Source: a virus
Length of the DNA: 25,403 bases
IMG/VR virus record: IMGVR_UViG_3300037461_000726
Span: 66,973-92,375 of that record
Direction: 5' to 3' (one strand)
Shown here piece by piece: positions 1 through 9,799 of this stretch. The notes under the pieces are model-generated. The model saw only the letters and a list, made by a program, of their open reading frames with translations. It did not search any database and had not been told where the DNA came from. The stretch's first letter is position 1. Each line of letters opens with the position of its first letter. Position numbers and translations under genes: made by a program.

Positions 1-122
1 TGACCGGATACAGTGGGAATAATGGCAGTAATACAAGGGATATTTTCACCCAAACTAGGGATGCAGCAGCATCAACACAACAAACAGCGGCTGTAGGGTC
101 CGGTCTGTACTATAACCCTTAA
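1..122 (+). CDS. 3' end of an upstream tail gene, probably tape measure protein (partial)
   Basis: The frame from base 3 is open (TGYSGNNGSNTRDIFTQTRDAAASTQQTAAVGSGLYYNP) to TAA at 120-122. The product call rests only on its position directly before the Dit-like gene. Confidence 0.45.
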   Translation, partial: TGYSGNNGSNTRDIFTQTRDAAASTQQTAAVGSGLYYNP

Positions 123-139
123 GCAAAAGGATAAATTAA

Positions 140-838
140 ATGAACCCTTTATTAGACATATATAATAGAGTATCAAATACAAAATTGCCGGTGGTGCCTA
201 ATTCCGCGTTGAAGATATTAAATAACGCTGAATTGTGGAAAGTAGCAACTGTAGCTCTTTCCATACCGGCAGTAAAGAATTTTTTTAAAGGACCTCCTTT
301 ATTTTATATAGAAGTGACCGCTTATGACCAAACTACGATGTATGTTTTTGATGCCGTGTTAAAAACAGAACACGTGGGGGCGCGAAGGCTTACTCAACAC
401 CCGGTGCAGACAGGGGCTTCATTAACGGACCATTCATTTAGAATACCTTCTAGGTTGGTAATGGAAGTTGGGGTTTCTGATGTAATGAGCGCATACGATA
501 TTGATAAAGATTGGAGAGGATGGGCAACCCGGTCAATTAGCGCTTTTCAAATCTTGTCTGCAATTAGGGATACGGGTCAACCTTGTACAGTTAGCACTCG
601 ATTAAAGAAGTATTCAAATATGGTAATTGAAAACATTTCGGCAGTTGAGGATTTTAGAACAGTAAACGAGATGCGGGCAAACGTAACTTTTACAGAAATA
701 TTGGTGGCAGTAGGGGTAAATACAACTAAAAGAAGCATTGATAGCGCGGTAACGATGACCTCGACTCCTCCTGTGTCTATAGCACCTATAGATTATGGAA
801 GTGATAATTTCAGTTCGGCTTATAAAGTTGTTAATTGA
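140..838 (+). CDS. Dit-like tail/baseplate protein (tail tube initiator region)
   Basis: Motifs FDAVLKTEH..LTQHPVQTGASLTDH..P and TVSTRLKKYSNMVI..VTFTEI are typical of Dit-like N-terminal domains of myophages. AAGGA RBS upstream. Canonical position before plug and hub. Confidence 0.8.
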   Translation: MNPLLDIYNRVSNTKLPVVPNSALKILNNAELWKVATVALSIPAVKNFFKGPPLFYIEVTAYDQTTMYVFDAVLKTEHVGARRLTQHPVQTGASLTDHSFRIPSRLVMEVGVSDVMSAYDIDKDWRGWATRSISAFQILSAIRDTGQPCTVSTRLKKYSNMVIENISAVEDFRTVNEMRANVTFTEILVAVGVNTTKRSIDSAVTMTSTPPVSIAPIDYGSDNFSSAYKVVN

Positions 839-889
839 CTACAAATCAGAGTAATTAGGGTATAAGTTAAACTTAATGAGGATAAATAA

Positions 890-3800
890 ATGAGTGCTAA
901 ACTAACACCAGTAGCAGGATTAACTATTCAGGATGTTTCTCCGTTATCCAGTACGTTGGTTTCTACTGCATCTGTGATTGATGGAAATTTCGATGTAGGC
1001 ATATCAATTTACGGTACAGGTACAGGTACAGGCTTTGCCAATAATTCATCTGTTGGCGTTGATTTGGGAACTTCTGTTACTTATATAGTAGATACAATAA
1101 TTGTTCGAATGACTGCTAGAAATGTTGGCGGTGATGATGAGTGGCAAACTGGAACTAACTGGTGGAATCAAGTGTATGTTTACTCTTCTAATGATAATTC
1201 AACATGGGAGTTATTGCAATATTGGGGTGAACCTGGAAGTCTTGCCCCATTGACAGCTGATGGTGGGTTCCTCAATCATATGACTTTAACCCTTACAGTT
1301 CCTAAAATTGCAAGATACTTTAAAGTTCATAATGCTAAGACTGGAGTTGCTCTTGGTGTTTGGAAGCAGAATTATGCTGGTTCGGAATTAAACGCTACAG
1401 AAATGGAAGTCTATGGGGAAGCTTACAATCAAAGATATTGGGTTGGACCAACAAGTGGGACTCCCTATTTTGATGATACAGCGAATTGGTCATTGACAAG
1501 TGGTGGAACCGGTGGGGCTTCCGTTCCCACAACAGGACAGACCGGTGTATTTGATTTGACAAGTGGTTCACGTCCCGTGTATATAAGAACAGCAGTTCTT
1601 TGTAATTTGAATACGATTACTGGCGGTAACAGTCATGAATTTAGGGTTCAAACATCGGGGAGCCTTTCTTTAAAAGAAGATTTGCATTGTTCTTATATTA
1701 TAACTACAGGAACTGGAACAATAACAACCAATAATTATGATGTATATGTATCATCGTATATTTCTTTAGATAATGATGATAGTGCATTTGGAACATCAAC
1801 AATATCGATGTCTGCAGCAACTTATTTTTCGTGTCCTTATGCTATTGATTTTAGTGGGTGTGATTTAGAAATTGTTTTTGATAGTAGTGGTTTTTCTTAT
1901 AATGGAACTCTTACATTTAAAACAGTAAGTCTTAGTGGGGATTGTTCTAATGCATCAATGGTATCTGGGTCTATTACGATTGCTGATGCTTCGGGTTTAA
2001 CAATTGCAGGTAGTACATCGGGAGGGCTTGAATTAAACGATTTTGAAACTATAATGGCAAGCGGAACAGTTAGTGCTTCTAATGCTACTTTGCATGGATG
2101 CACTGCTTCTGGTGGTGCCACATTTAATGCCTTTGTTGCAAATGGGAATGTTAACGGTGGAGATAATTCTGGTTGGGCATTTAATGAAATTCCTGCAGTA
2201 ACAACAAGTGCCGGGACCGATATAACGAATAGCGGATTTACCGCAAACGGAAATGTTACGGATACCGGCGATTTGGCAATTACCAGAAGAGGCTTTTGTT
2301 ATATTGCTGGTGCTGCAGGTGACCCTCAAATAGGCGACCCCGGAGTATTGGAAGTTCATGAGGATGACACTGATTTTGGAACTGGAGTTTATAGTTTATC
2401 GGTTGATGGGCTTATTGAAGGAACAAATTATAGAGTAAGAGCCTATGCTATAAATACGCAAGGTACGGGTTACGGGAGTACGGTTGACGTTCTTCTTTTA
2501 GGGGAAGTGCCAGATGTAACAACACAAGCGGCGACAGCGATTTTAGCTGATAGCTTTACTGCGAATGGTAATATTACGGATGCTGGTGGAATAGATATCA
2601 CACGCCGGGGTTTTTGTTACGTTCAAGCTACAACCGGTGACCCTGAAATTGGCGGCGAAGGAGTTCTAGAGGTCCATGAAGATGGAACTTTTAGTGAGGG
2701 AGCTTTTGACCTTCCAATATCAAGTGGAATAGATTATTATCTTAATTACCGGGTAAGAGCGTATGCAATAAATGATAGTGGAACTGGCTATGGAAATACC
2801 GTAGATGTTTTAACTCTGGACATTCCAGTTGTACTTACAACTGAGTCTTCTACGGATATAAATTTTACAACCTTTAGGGCAAATGGAGTAATTGTTTCTA
2901 AAGGGAGGTCTCAGGTTACACGCCGAGGTTTTTGCTATTTAGAAGGGCCTACAGGAACCCCAACAGTTGCAGATGAGACAAAATATGAAGACGGCGATTT
3001 TGAAGTAGGTGAGTTGTTTTATCAGATAGTTTCAATGCTTAATTCTAATTACAGAGTTAGGGCATATGCTATAAATTCTTTGGGCGTAAATTATGGTAAC
3101 ACGGTGGGAACGTCCACTGTTATTTTGGAAAGTTTAACGGTAACGCCAATTCTTCCTCTTTTAGAAATAGGTGAAACAACACAACTTCAAGTTTTAGCCA
3201 ATTACACTGATGGAACTTCGCCAGATGTAACCGGGTCTTGTACTTATGTAGAGGAAGATTATGCTATTTATGAGGAAATAATCGGAGCTGCAGGTACATA
3301 CGAGTTTGTCTTGTCTTCCGGAACAACTGTAGCCTCTGTTGACAGTAGCGGGCTAGTTGCCGCTTTAAGTGGTGGAATTGCCAAAATTAAAATATCGTTT
3401 GAAACCATTGTTGATTTTGTTCACTACATATTAACACAAACAGTTGATTCCGCAATAGAATACGGCGGCGCTTGGGATGGAGAAGTGCCCCCCGGAACAG
3501 TGGTCCCAGACCTTAGTTATATTGAGATAGTCTTAGATAAGGATGTGATTGTAGGAACATCTCAACAAGCAAGAATAATTGGGTATTTTAATGATAGCCC
3601 GGAAACTAGTGAAGAGATAAACCCTACATTAGTTACTTGGATTTCCTCTAACACAGCAGTGGCAACGGTTGACAGTAACGGGTTAGTTGTAGCAATCTCT
3701 GCCGGGGTGACTTTTATTCGAGCGACTTATGAGGTACTGGATAGTCCAGCACAAGAATTTACAACAGTTTTTATGATGAGTGTTTATGATGTTGAAATAA

Positions 3801-4153
3801 ATACAGATAATCCTTATCAGTACATTCCATTGAAGCCTACACCTAACCAAAATTTTAGGTGCGTGGTTTCTGTGGATGCAACGACAAGAGTTTCCATTGA
3901 TTTTAAGTTGGTATGGAATGAGTATTCTGATTGTTGGGAGATGAGTTTAAAGAACTCTAATACAGGTGAGTATTATGTGGACCCGATTCCTTTATACGCG
4001 GGAAGATACCCAACTCATAATTTACTTGGCCAGCATCAATACCTAAATATAGGCAGTTGTTACATTTTAAATATCAGTAATTTGCCAGAAGAAAAACCTA
4101 ACCTTACCAATTTGGGCATAGACTACATATTAGTTTGGGGGTACACAGAATGA
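890..4153 (+). CDS. Baseplate plug protein (C-terminal ~110 aa) fused to a discoidin/F5-8C-like domain, a beta-rich region, 3 FN3-like repeats and 2 Big_2-like Ig domains
   Basis: The C-terminus (IPLKPTPNQNF..LVWN..WEM..IPLYAG..NLLGQHQYLNIG..NLG) matches the small plug family found between Dit and hub. N-terminus has VDLG..VYSSND..W..ARYFKV..EMEVYG. Repeats contain TRRGFCY..YRVRAYAIN..G..YG. Ig domains contain WISSNTAVATVDSNGLV. GAGGA RBS at 878-882. Confidence 0.75.
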   Translation: MSAKLTPVAGLTIQDVSPLSSTLVSTASVIDGNFDVGISIYGTGTGTGFANNSSVGVDLGTSVTYIVDTIIVRMTARNVGGDDEWQTGTNWWNQVYVYSSNDNSTWELLQYWGEPGSLAPLTADGGFLNHMTLTLTVPKIARYFKVHNAKTGVALGVWKQNYAGSELNATEMEVYGEAYNQRYWVGPTSGTPYFDDTANWSLTSGGTGGASVPTTGQTGVFDLTSGSRPVYIRTAVLCNLNTITGGNSHEFRVQTSGSLSLKEDLHCSYIITTGTGTITTNNYDVYVSSYISLDNDDSAFGTSTISMSAATYFSCPYAIDFSGCDLEIVFDSSGFSYNGTLTFKTVSLSGDCSNASMVSGSITIADASGLTIAGSTSGGLELNDFETIMASGTVSASNATLHGCTASGGATFNAFVANGNVNGGDNSGWAFNEIPAVTTSAGTDITNSGFTANGNVTDTGDLAITRRGFCYIAGAAGDPQIGDPGVLEVHEDDTDFGTGVYSLSVDGLIEGTNYRVRAYAINTQGTGYGSTVDVLLLGEVPDVTTQAATAILADSFTANGNITDAGGIDITRRGFCYVQATTGDPEIGGEGVLEVHEDGTFSEGAFDLPISSGIDYYLNYRVRAYAINDSGTGYGNTVDVLTLDIPVVLTTESSTDINFTTFRANGVIVSKGRSQVTRRGFCYLEGPTGTPTVADETKYEDGDFEVGELFYQIVSMLNSNYRVRAYAINSLGVNYGNTVGTSTVILESLTVTPILPLLEIGETTQLQVLANYTDGTSPDVTGSCTYVEEDYAIYEEIIGAAGTYEFVLSSGTTVASVDSSGLVAALSGGIAKIKISFETIVDFVHYILTQTVDSAIEYGGAWDGEVPPGTVVPDLSYIEIVLDKDVIVGTSQQARIIGYFNDSPETSEEINPTLVTWISSNTAVATVDSNGLVVAISAGVTFIRATYEVLDSPAQEFTTVFMMSVYDVEINTDNPYQYIPLKPTPNQNFRCVVSVDATTRVSIDFKLVWNEYSDCWEMSLKNSNTGEYYVDPIPLYAGRYPTHNLLGQHQYLNIGSCYILNISNLPEEKPNLTNLGIDYILVWGYTE
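2192..3105 (+). repeat. Three tandem ~105-aa FN3-like domain repeats within the plug-fusion gene
   Basis: Units begin at 2192, 2510 and 2825 (spacing 318 and 315 nt). Each has P.V.T..F.ANG..TRRGFCY..YRVRAYAIN..G..YG. Confidence 0.85.
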
Positions 4154-5214
4154 GCAATCTTTACGGACGAAAAGTGTCATTAGAAATATGGTGTACTCCT
4201 AAGAAAGCGAAGCAAAGGGATGTTGATGTTATTACGGTGGAACAATCAGGATTTGACCCTGAAACGTTAAGAATCGTTTTTGATATCAACTACCCCGGCA
4301 TTTCCGGGTGGTATTTTTCAGAGATAAGCATTTATAATTTAAATAAGGAAGACAGAAATAAAGTAATTGAAGAAGGAGCCATAGTTACTTTGTCTGCCGG
4401 GTATGTAGGAGACGAGCTTAATTTTGGGGTGATATTTAAAGGATACGTTTTTCAGACTCTCGTGGAAAGAGAAGGAGTGGTTGATTATAAATTGACTCTT
4501 CGTTGTTTGGATGGGGACCGTTTATTTACAGATGCCAACATTTGTGTTGCAACGGTAACAAGAGGAATGAACGCAGTGACAGCAGTAAATAACATTTTGC
4601 TTCCCGGAACAAAAAGGGAAATTCCGTTTGATAAACAGGAATTGACCGACTATTTGAAATCACATGCCCCGAAAACGGATGAAGAAGTAAACACATCGGC
4701 TGTCACAAATAAAGTGCCTGACAATCTACCAAGAGGGCAAACAATTTTCAAATCTCCAGCAGAGGTGTTTAAGGAAATGTTACCGGGAGCAAGGATATTT
4801 TCATTTCAGTCAAAAGCACACGTAATGGACGATGATGAAGTATTTAATCCAGACACGGCAAATAAGATTGTGGTTTCTCCTGAGAAGGGAGGACTAATAG
4901 GGACCCCGGTACAAACACAGTATGGTTGTGATTTTACAATTTTATTAAATCCGAATGTCATTTTGGGGAGGCCTCATTGCGTTGTACAGTTGGACAATCA
5001 GGCCTTTAAGCAAGTAAAAGTAGAATATATGCAACTTCCTTCAAGTGGAATTGAAGTGACAAAAGAATATCAAATTCAAGAGTATCAAGTTATTGGGGTC
5101 CGTCATCAGGGCGATAGTAGGGGGGACCAATGGTATACTCATATAACCGGAATGGCAATGCATGGGGCACGACCAACTGAAATGTTTACATATACGGGGG
5201 GAAATCAACGATGA
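4150..5214 (+). CDS. Baseplate hub protein
   Basis: Motifs LYGRK..LRIVFDI..SEISIYNL..VTLSAGY..FG.IFKG..CLDGD, GLIGTP.QT..G..ILLNP and YQVIGVRHQGDSRGDQWYT. ATG 4150 forms an ATGA overlap with the plug stop and is preferred to 4135. Confidence 0.8.
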   Translation: MSNLYGRKVSLEIWCTPKKAKQRDVDVITVEQSGFDPETLRIVFDINYPGISGWYFSEISIYNLNKEDRNKVIEEGAIVTLSAGYVGDELNFGVIFKGYVFQTLVEREGVVDYKLTLRCLDGDRLFTDANICVATVTRGMNAVTAVNNILLPGTKREIPFDKQELTDYLKSHAPKTDEEVNTSAVTNKVPDNLPRGQTIFKSPAEVFKEMLPGARIFSFQSKAHVMDDDEVFNPDTANKIVVSPEKGGLIGTPVQTQYGCDFTILLNPNVILGRPHCVVQLDNQAFKQVKVEYMQLPSSGIEVTKEYQIQEYQVIGVRHQGDSRGDQWYTHITGMAMHGARPTEMFTYTGGNQR

Positions 5215-6278
5215 AAACTGGTCCACGGTTGGGTGCTGATTTTTTACTTTTTGATGAGGTCTTTAAGAGACTTTTAGACCAATACGATTTTGATTTAAGA
5301 TGTGCAGCGCCTGGAATTATAAGAGAATTTAATGCTACTGAGCAAACTGTAAAGGTGCAGTTGGCCATTAAGGATGCCATTTATATTGATAAACTTGAAA
5401 GAGTGGCCATTCCTGAATTATTGGATGTACCAATACTTCCATTTAGAGCTGGTAATTTTGTTATAACAGTGCCGGTTACGGTTGGAGATGAGTGCCTTGT
5501 GGTGTTTGCCGATAGTTGTATTGATGCATGGTGGAGTGAAGGGGAAGAAACAACGGTGCCCGCAAATAAGGGAACCAGAGAAGCGTTAACTAATAGAAGA
5601 CACGATTTATCTGATGGGTTTGCAATATTGGCTCCGTCAAGTCAACCGAAGAAGATTGAAAATTATGCCACTGATTGTCTAGAAATAAGAACACTGGATG
5701 GCATAAACAAAATACAAGTAAAAGACGATGAAGTAAAGATAGTAGTAAATGAAACAACTTACATTTCCGTTAAAGACGGCATAATTAAGATGGAGAGCAG
5801 TGCAACAATCGATTTAAAGAGCACTGGAAAAACTACAATTGAAAGTAGTGCTGCAATGGACGTGAAATCAACAGGAGATATGAAGATACAAAGTAGTGCA
5901 AAGATGGATGTAAAGAGCACCGGTACCATGAATATAGAAGGAAGCTCTACTATGGACATTAAAGGCACTGGTAATATGAAAATAAACGGGAGCGCTGCGG
6001 TAGAGGTTAAAGGAGCCGGTGCAGTTAATGTTGAAAGTAGCGGAGGGGCCGTGGATGTAAAAGGCGCTTCGGTGGTGACCGTGGATGCGCCTTCAATTAA
6101 ATTGGGTGGGTTATCAGCACTTTACAAATTGATAGACCAAAGAATATTGACTTATTATGACGGGCATCAACATTTATACACACCGGGGCCGGGAGCACCT
6201 ACATTAACGGGAATTCCTGCAGTGATTTTAACCCCCTTACTTACATCAATAGCGACTCAAAAAGTGGATGGTGATTAA
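5211..6278 (+). CDS. Baseplate spike / membrane-puncturing protein (gp138/GpV-like)
   Basis: N-terminal domain motifs PGII..TVKVQ..LLDVP..GDECLVVFADSCIDAWW..RRHDLSDGFAI. Beta-helix repeats follow. C-terminal HQH (6165-6173) is an HxH metal-binding tip motif. Confidence 0.85.
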   Translation: MKTGPRLGADFLLFDEVFKRLLDQYDFDLRCAAPGIIREFNATEQTVKVQLAIKDAIYIDKLERVAIPELLDVPILPFRAGNFVITVPVTVGDECLVVFADSCIDAWWSEGEETTVPANKGTREALTNRRHDLSDGFAILAPSSQPKKIENYATDCLEIRTLDGINKIQVKDDEVKIVVNETTYISVKDGIIKMESSATIDLKSTGKTTIESSAAMDVKSTGDMKIQSSAKMDVKSTGTMNIEGSSTMDIKGTGNMKINGSAAVEVKGAGAVNVESSGGAVDVKGASVVTVDAPSIKLGGLSALYKLIDQRILTYYDGHQHLYTPGPGAPTLTGIPAVILTPLLTSIATQKVDGD

Positions 6279-6280
6279 TT

Positions 6281-6646
6281 ATGAGATATCGAAGAATAGT
6301 TGATGGAGAACCTCAGTACGGCAATAACCAAGGAGATTTTCTTCAAGGAATTGATGCGGTTGCTCAGGCGATATCAACACGATTAAAGTTGTTTAAGGAA
6401 GAGTGGTGGGAAGATTTGGATGATGGTTTGCCTTTATGGACTGAAATGTTAGGGGGAAGAGGCACCAATTATAAAATCATAGAAGCCTTGATTACACAAA
6501 GGATTCTTGATACAAAATTGAACAATGAAAAGCTTGTGATTGAAATGACTTCTGTGGAAAGTGAGTTTACCGAAACCACAAGGAATTTTTCATACACAGG
6601 AGATGCAACAAGTGTTTATGGACCGATAACAATTACTGGAGGATAA
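6281..6646 (+). CDS. Baseplate wedge / sheath initiator-like protein (gp46/gp25-like)
   Basis: MRYRR..G..DFL..AVAQAISTRLKLF.EEWW.D..GLP. Located between the spike and baseplate J genes. Confidence 0.75.
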   Translation: MRYRRIVDGEPQYGNNQGDFLQGIDAVAQAISTRLKLFKEEWWEDLDDGLPLWTEMLGGRGTNYKIIEALITQRILDTKLNNEKLVIEMTSVESEFTETTRNFSYTGDATSVYGPITITGG

Positions 6647-6649
6647 AAA

Positions 6650-7861
6650 ATGGCATACGTAGCTCCCTACATAGATTATACAGGAATTCACATACCCTCT
6701 TACTCAGACATATTGGACCATTTGTTGAGTAGCTATAAGGGTATTTACGGCCAAGACTGTTACTTGGGCAACGATGCTGCAGATTATCAATGGATATCTG
6801 TAGTGGCCAATGTGATTTATGACTCCTTACTTGTTTTGCAGGACGATTACAACAGTAAGAGTCCGACAACCGGGCTTGGGGTTGCTCTGGATACTTTGGT
6901 AAAAGTAAACGGAATAACACGTAAAGCAGCTTCCTTTTCGACTTGCACAGTGACTTTAACAGGAGTAGCATATACCATCATTTCCAACGGCATGACCCAA
7001 GATGTAAATGGAAATTATTGGGCTCTTCCACAGGTGACTGTTATAGGAAGCGATGGTTCGGTATCCGTGACTGCAACATGTCAAACTGAAGGAGCAATTG
7101 CGGCTTTAATCGGAACAATAACAGTTATAGCAACTCCACAATATGGATGGTCTACAGTTACTAATTCTATAGCCGCAGTGACCGGCCAATCTGTAGAGAC
7201 TGATGAACAATTGAGAGCACGACAAGCGTTAAGCACTCAATTAGCATCGCATACCATGTTATCAGGAACAGCAGCAAGTATAGGCGCTGTTGAAAATGTA
7301 ACAAGATATAAGATATATGAAAACAATACGGACCTTATTGATGAAAATTTCTGCCCGCCACATTCAATCACCTGTATTGTAGAGGGCGGTACTGATGAAG
7401 AAGTGGCAACGGCTATTTTCCTAAACAGGGGAATCGGGTGTTATACATATGGCGGTGAAAGCGGTGATGCATATAGTGTTGAAGAAATGGTGACAGACCC
7501 GGACACCGGAGATGAGATGGCAATTCGGTTTTTACGTCCAAAACCGGTTCCTATTTATGTGGATGTAACAATTAAAGCGTTAACAGGGTATGTAAGTTCA
7601 ATAACAACAGACATTGAGACTGCAATTTATGATTACTTAAATGGTTTGGAAATTGGGCAAGGTTTAACGATGTCGGCCATGTATGCGGCGGTTATGGCAA
7701 TGACCCCGGATATTCGGAGTCCTTTATTTTACATTGACAGTTTAGAGATAGGAGTTACTTCGAGTACAGGAACCTCAAATATAACAATTAACTTTGATGA
7801 AGTGACTCAAGGAATTTTGGATGAATCTCCTCCTTATATTGTAGTGACGGTGACAACATGA
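6650..7861 (+). CDS. Baseplate J / gp47 family wedge protein
   Basis: GVALD..NGITRK, G..VETDEQLRAR, YENNT..PPHSI.CIVEGG and RFLRP motifs. GGAGG RBS. Confidence 0.9.
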   Translation: MAYVAPYIDYTGIHIPSYSDILDHLLSSYKGIYGQDCYLGNDAADYQWISVVANVIYDSLLVLQDDYNSKSPTTGLGVALDTLVKVNGITRKAASFSTCTVTLTGVAYTIISNGMTQDVNGNYWALPQVTVIGSDGSVSVTATCQTEGAIAALIGTITVIATPQYGWSTVTNSIAAVTGQSVETDEQLRARQALSTQLASHTMLSGTAASIGAVENVTRYKIYENNTDLIDENFCPPHSITCIVEGGTDEEVATAIFLNRGIGCYTYGGESGDAYSVEEMVTDPDTGDEMAIRFLRPKPVPIYVDVTIKALTGYVSSITTDIETAIYDYLNGLEIGQGLTMSAMYAAVMAMTPDIRSPLFYIDSLEIGVTSSTGTSNITINFDEVTQGILDESPPYIVVTVTT

Positions 7862-8466
7862 GCAAAACGACTGAAGAATATTTATTAAGAATAACAAGTC
7901 AATATCAAAATTCTACTAATTTTTTAAATTGGTTGAGTAAGCCCATTAATTTGTTACAAGAATTGGTTTCTTGTGCGGAACAATTGCCGCAAGCTTTTGA
8001 CCTTGATGAAGCTGTTGGAGCGCAGTTGGACACGCTGGGTGTTCTTATAGGACAAAGTAGAACCCTTCCCTTTGACCCCACGGACGGCTCTTCTTCCAGT
8101 CTTGATGATGCAACGTATAGAACAATTTTGAAGTTGAAAACTATGACCAACTATTGGGATGGTTCTTTAGGAACAATATATGATGCATGGAATTCGTTAT
8201 TTACAGAAGCTTCATTAAGAATAATAGACCATCAAAACATGACTGCGGATGTGGTTATAACAGGGGAAATGTCTCAGATAGTTTTGGATATGATTTACAA
8301 TGACATGGTGTTACCACGACCAGAAGGAGTTAGGTATTTTTACGGGTCTGAAGCACCGCCGACTACAGCAAAATGGTTTACACTTTTGGATGACCCTGAT
8401 ACGGAAGAGTACACAGAGTATGAGGACGGGTTTGATTTAGGGTATTGGGATACTTCAATTACATAA
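7858..8466 (+). CDS. DUF2612-like baseplate wedge protein
   Basis: FDLDEAVGAQLDTLG..IGQSR, LDDATYR..LK....N.WDG and D.QNMT..LPRPEGV. ATGA overlap with the J gene. Confidence 0.85.
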   Translation: MSKTTEEYLLRITSQYQNSTNFLNWLSKPINLLQELVSCAEQLPQAFDLDEAVGAQLDTLGVLIGQSRTLPFDPTDGSSSSLDDATYRTILKLKTMTNYWDGSLGTIYDAWNSLFTEASLRIIDHQNMTADVVITGEMSQIVLDMIYNDMVLPRPEGVRYFYGSEAPPTTAKWFTLLDDPDTEEYTEYEDGFDLGYWDTSIT

Positions 8467-8481
8467 AATAAGGAGAATATT

Positions 8482-9780
8482 ATGGCAACAAATAGTTTTT
8501 TAGAATTTGATTATGGTCGAAATAACATAGGCTCTTCCTCCACTTATGACACATTAAGAGCTACTGGTTTTGTAAGAGGAAAAGCATCTGCGGCAATGTT
8601 TAATAGAGTGTTGCAACAGGTGAGTGTTATGGTTGCTGCCTTGGGAGAAGCTTTTAAAAACAAGGGCTACGATATGACTCCTTATGGGACGTATTCAACC
8701 TTGGTTGCCACTTTGCAAAATATGGTTTTATTGCCTGAGTTACAAGCCAGTTATTCGACAACCGTAGCAATGAATGCTGCAATCTCTGCATGTTTACAAG
8801 GTACCGATTCAATTATTCCAGCCGGTGATTGGAAAGGTCCTTATGGAACACAGACTTGGGTATTGGCCCAAATTAGGGATGCCATTGCCGGTTCGGAATC
8901 AGGTGTGACCTTATATCAGGTTGACCAAGAAATAGAAAGATTGGTAAATGTTCCAGCCGGTTATTTAAAGGATTATGCTTTACAGACTTGGGTAACAAAT
9001 ACGGCAATCCCTGCTGCAATCACAAATGATAGTCTGGCAGGAGCAAGCAATGTAAAGGCACCGACTCAGTATGCTGTAATACAATACCTAACAAGTACGT
9101 ATTTATCTACGATTGATGGCCGGGTTTCATTGATGTTACCAAATACTGCGTTAACTGATGCAGAGACTGATGCAGTAAAAGGAGCAACCCGACTTCAAAT
9201 AGTGACATATATTTTAGGTAAAATAAATTCGGTTACGGCGTTTAGCCCTACAGGAACAAAGGTACCGACTGAAAAGATTATCTACGATTATTGGAATCCT
9301 AGAGTTTCAGCAAAGGCAGATGCAGCAGAAGTAGGAACATTATTGTCTGGAAAATTGTCTAAGACATCCGATATTGCTACGAATGCATATGATAGTACCC
9401 AAGTGGATAAGTGGTTGTCTCCAAAAGTGTTAGTAAATTCGTTCACCTCTAGTAGAGGAAGTGGTTATCAAAAGTTGCCTGGAGGGTTGGTTTTAATTTG
9501 GGGTTCTTTTATGATAAATAAAGCGGATGAATTGCAGGAAAAACCTGTATCATTTCCAACAATTCCGGGGGGTCTCACCGCTTGTTATTCTGTGGTGTTA
9601 AGTGGTAATGTATTTGAAACGGCTGATTCAAACGATTGGGCTGGAATAGCGGTTGCATCAATTAATACTTCTGGGTTTGTGTATTGTTGGGGGGCGAGAG
9701 GAACGGCAGGAAGTCCTCCTACTAATTGGTTTAAATATACAACGATATATTACATGGCAATTGGGTTGAGTGCAAGTTAA
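8482..9780 (+). CDS. Tail fibre protein with C-terminal gp53-like domain
   Basis: N-terminal attachment motif ATNSFL..R.TGF..G.AS..FNRVLQQ.S.M.AAL. Internal PT...V..Y-type repeats. C-terminus GYQKLPGGLVLIWG..VSFPT..YYMAIG. AAGGAG RBS. Confidence 0.8.
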   Translation: MATNSFLEFDYGRNNIGSSSTYDTLRATGFVRGKASAAMFNRVLQQVSVMVAALGEAFKNKGYDMTPYGTYSTLVATLQNMVLLPELQASYSTTVAMNAAISACLQGTDSIIPAGDWKGPYGTQTWVLAQIRDAIAGSESGVTLYQVDQEIERLVNVPAGYLKDYALQTWVTNTAIPAAITNDSLAGASNVKAPTQYAVIQYLTSTYLSTIDGRVSLMLPNTALTDAETDAVKGATRLQIVTYILGKINSVTAFSPTGTKVPTEKIIYDYWNPRVSAKADAAEVGTLLSGKLSKTSDIATNAYDSTQVDKWLSPKVLVNSFTSSRGSGYQKLPGGLVLIWGSFMINKADELQEKPVSFPTIPGGLTACYSVVLSGNVFETADSNDWAGIAVASINTSGFVYCWGARGTAGSPPTNWFKYTTIYYMAIGLSAS

Positions 9781-9799
9781 TTTAAAGGAGATATCCTGA

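Noticed and set aside
835-875. Promoter-like TTGACT..TATAAG and a TAAGTT-A-AACTTA palindrome before the plug gene
   Set aside because: The spacer is 20 nt, too long for a sigma70 promoter. The short AT-rich palindrome could arise by chance.
1013-1032. GGTACA x3 microrepeat as a phase-variation tract
   Set aside because: It is an in-frame 6-bp unit encoding Gly-Thr, too short to be notable and not frame-shifting.
3773-3778. Internal in-frame ATGATG that could yield a stand-alone plug protein
   Set aside because: There is no recognisable Shine-Dalgarno sequence upstream, so it is unsupported, though not excluded.
890-4153. Many N-x-S/T sequons as glycosylation targets
   Set aside because: The protein is rich in Asn, Ser and Thr, so the count looks compatible with chance. 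No oligosaccharyltransferase is present.
9460-9780. Diversity-generating retroelement target at the tail-fibre C-terminus
   Set aside because: No template repeat or reverse transcriptase was seen in the window.
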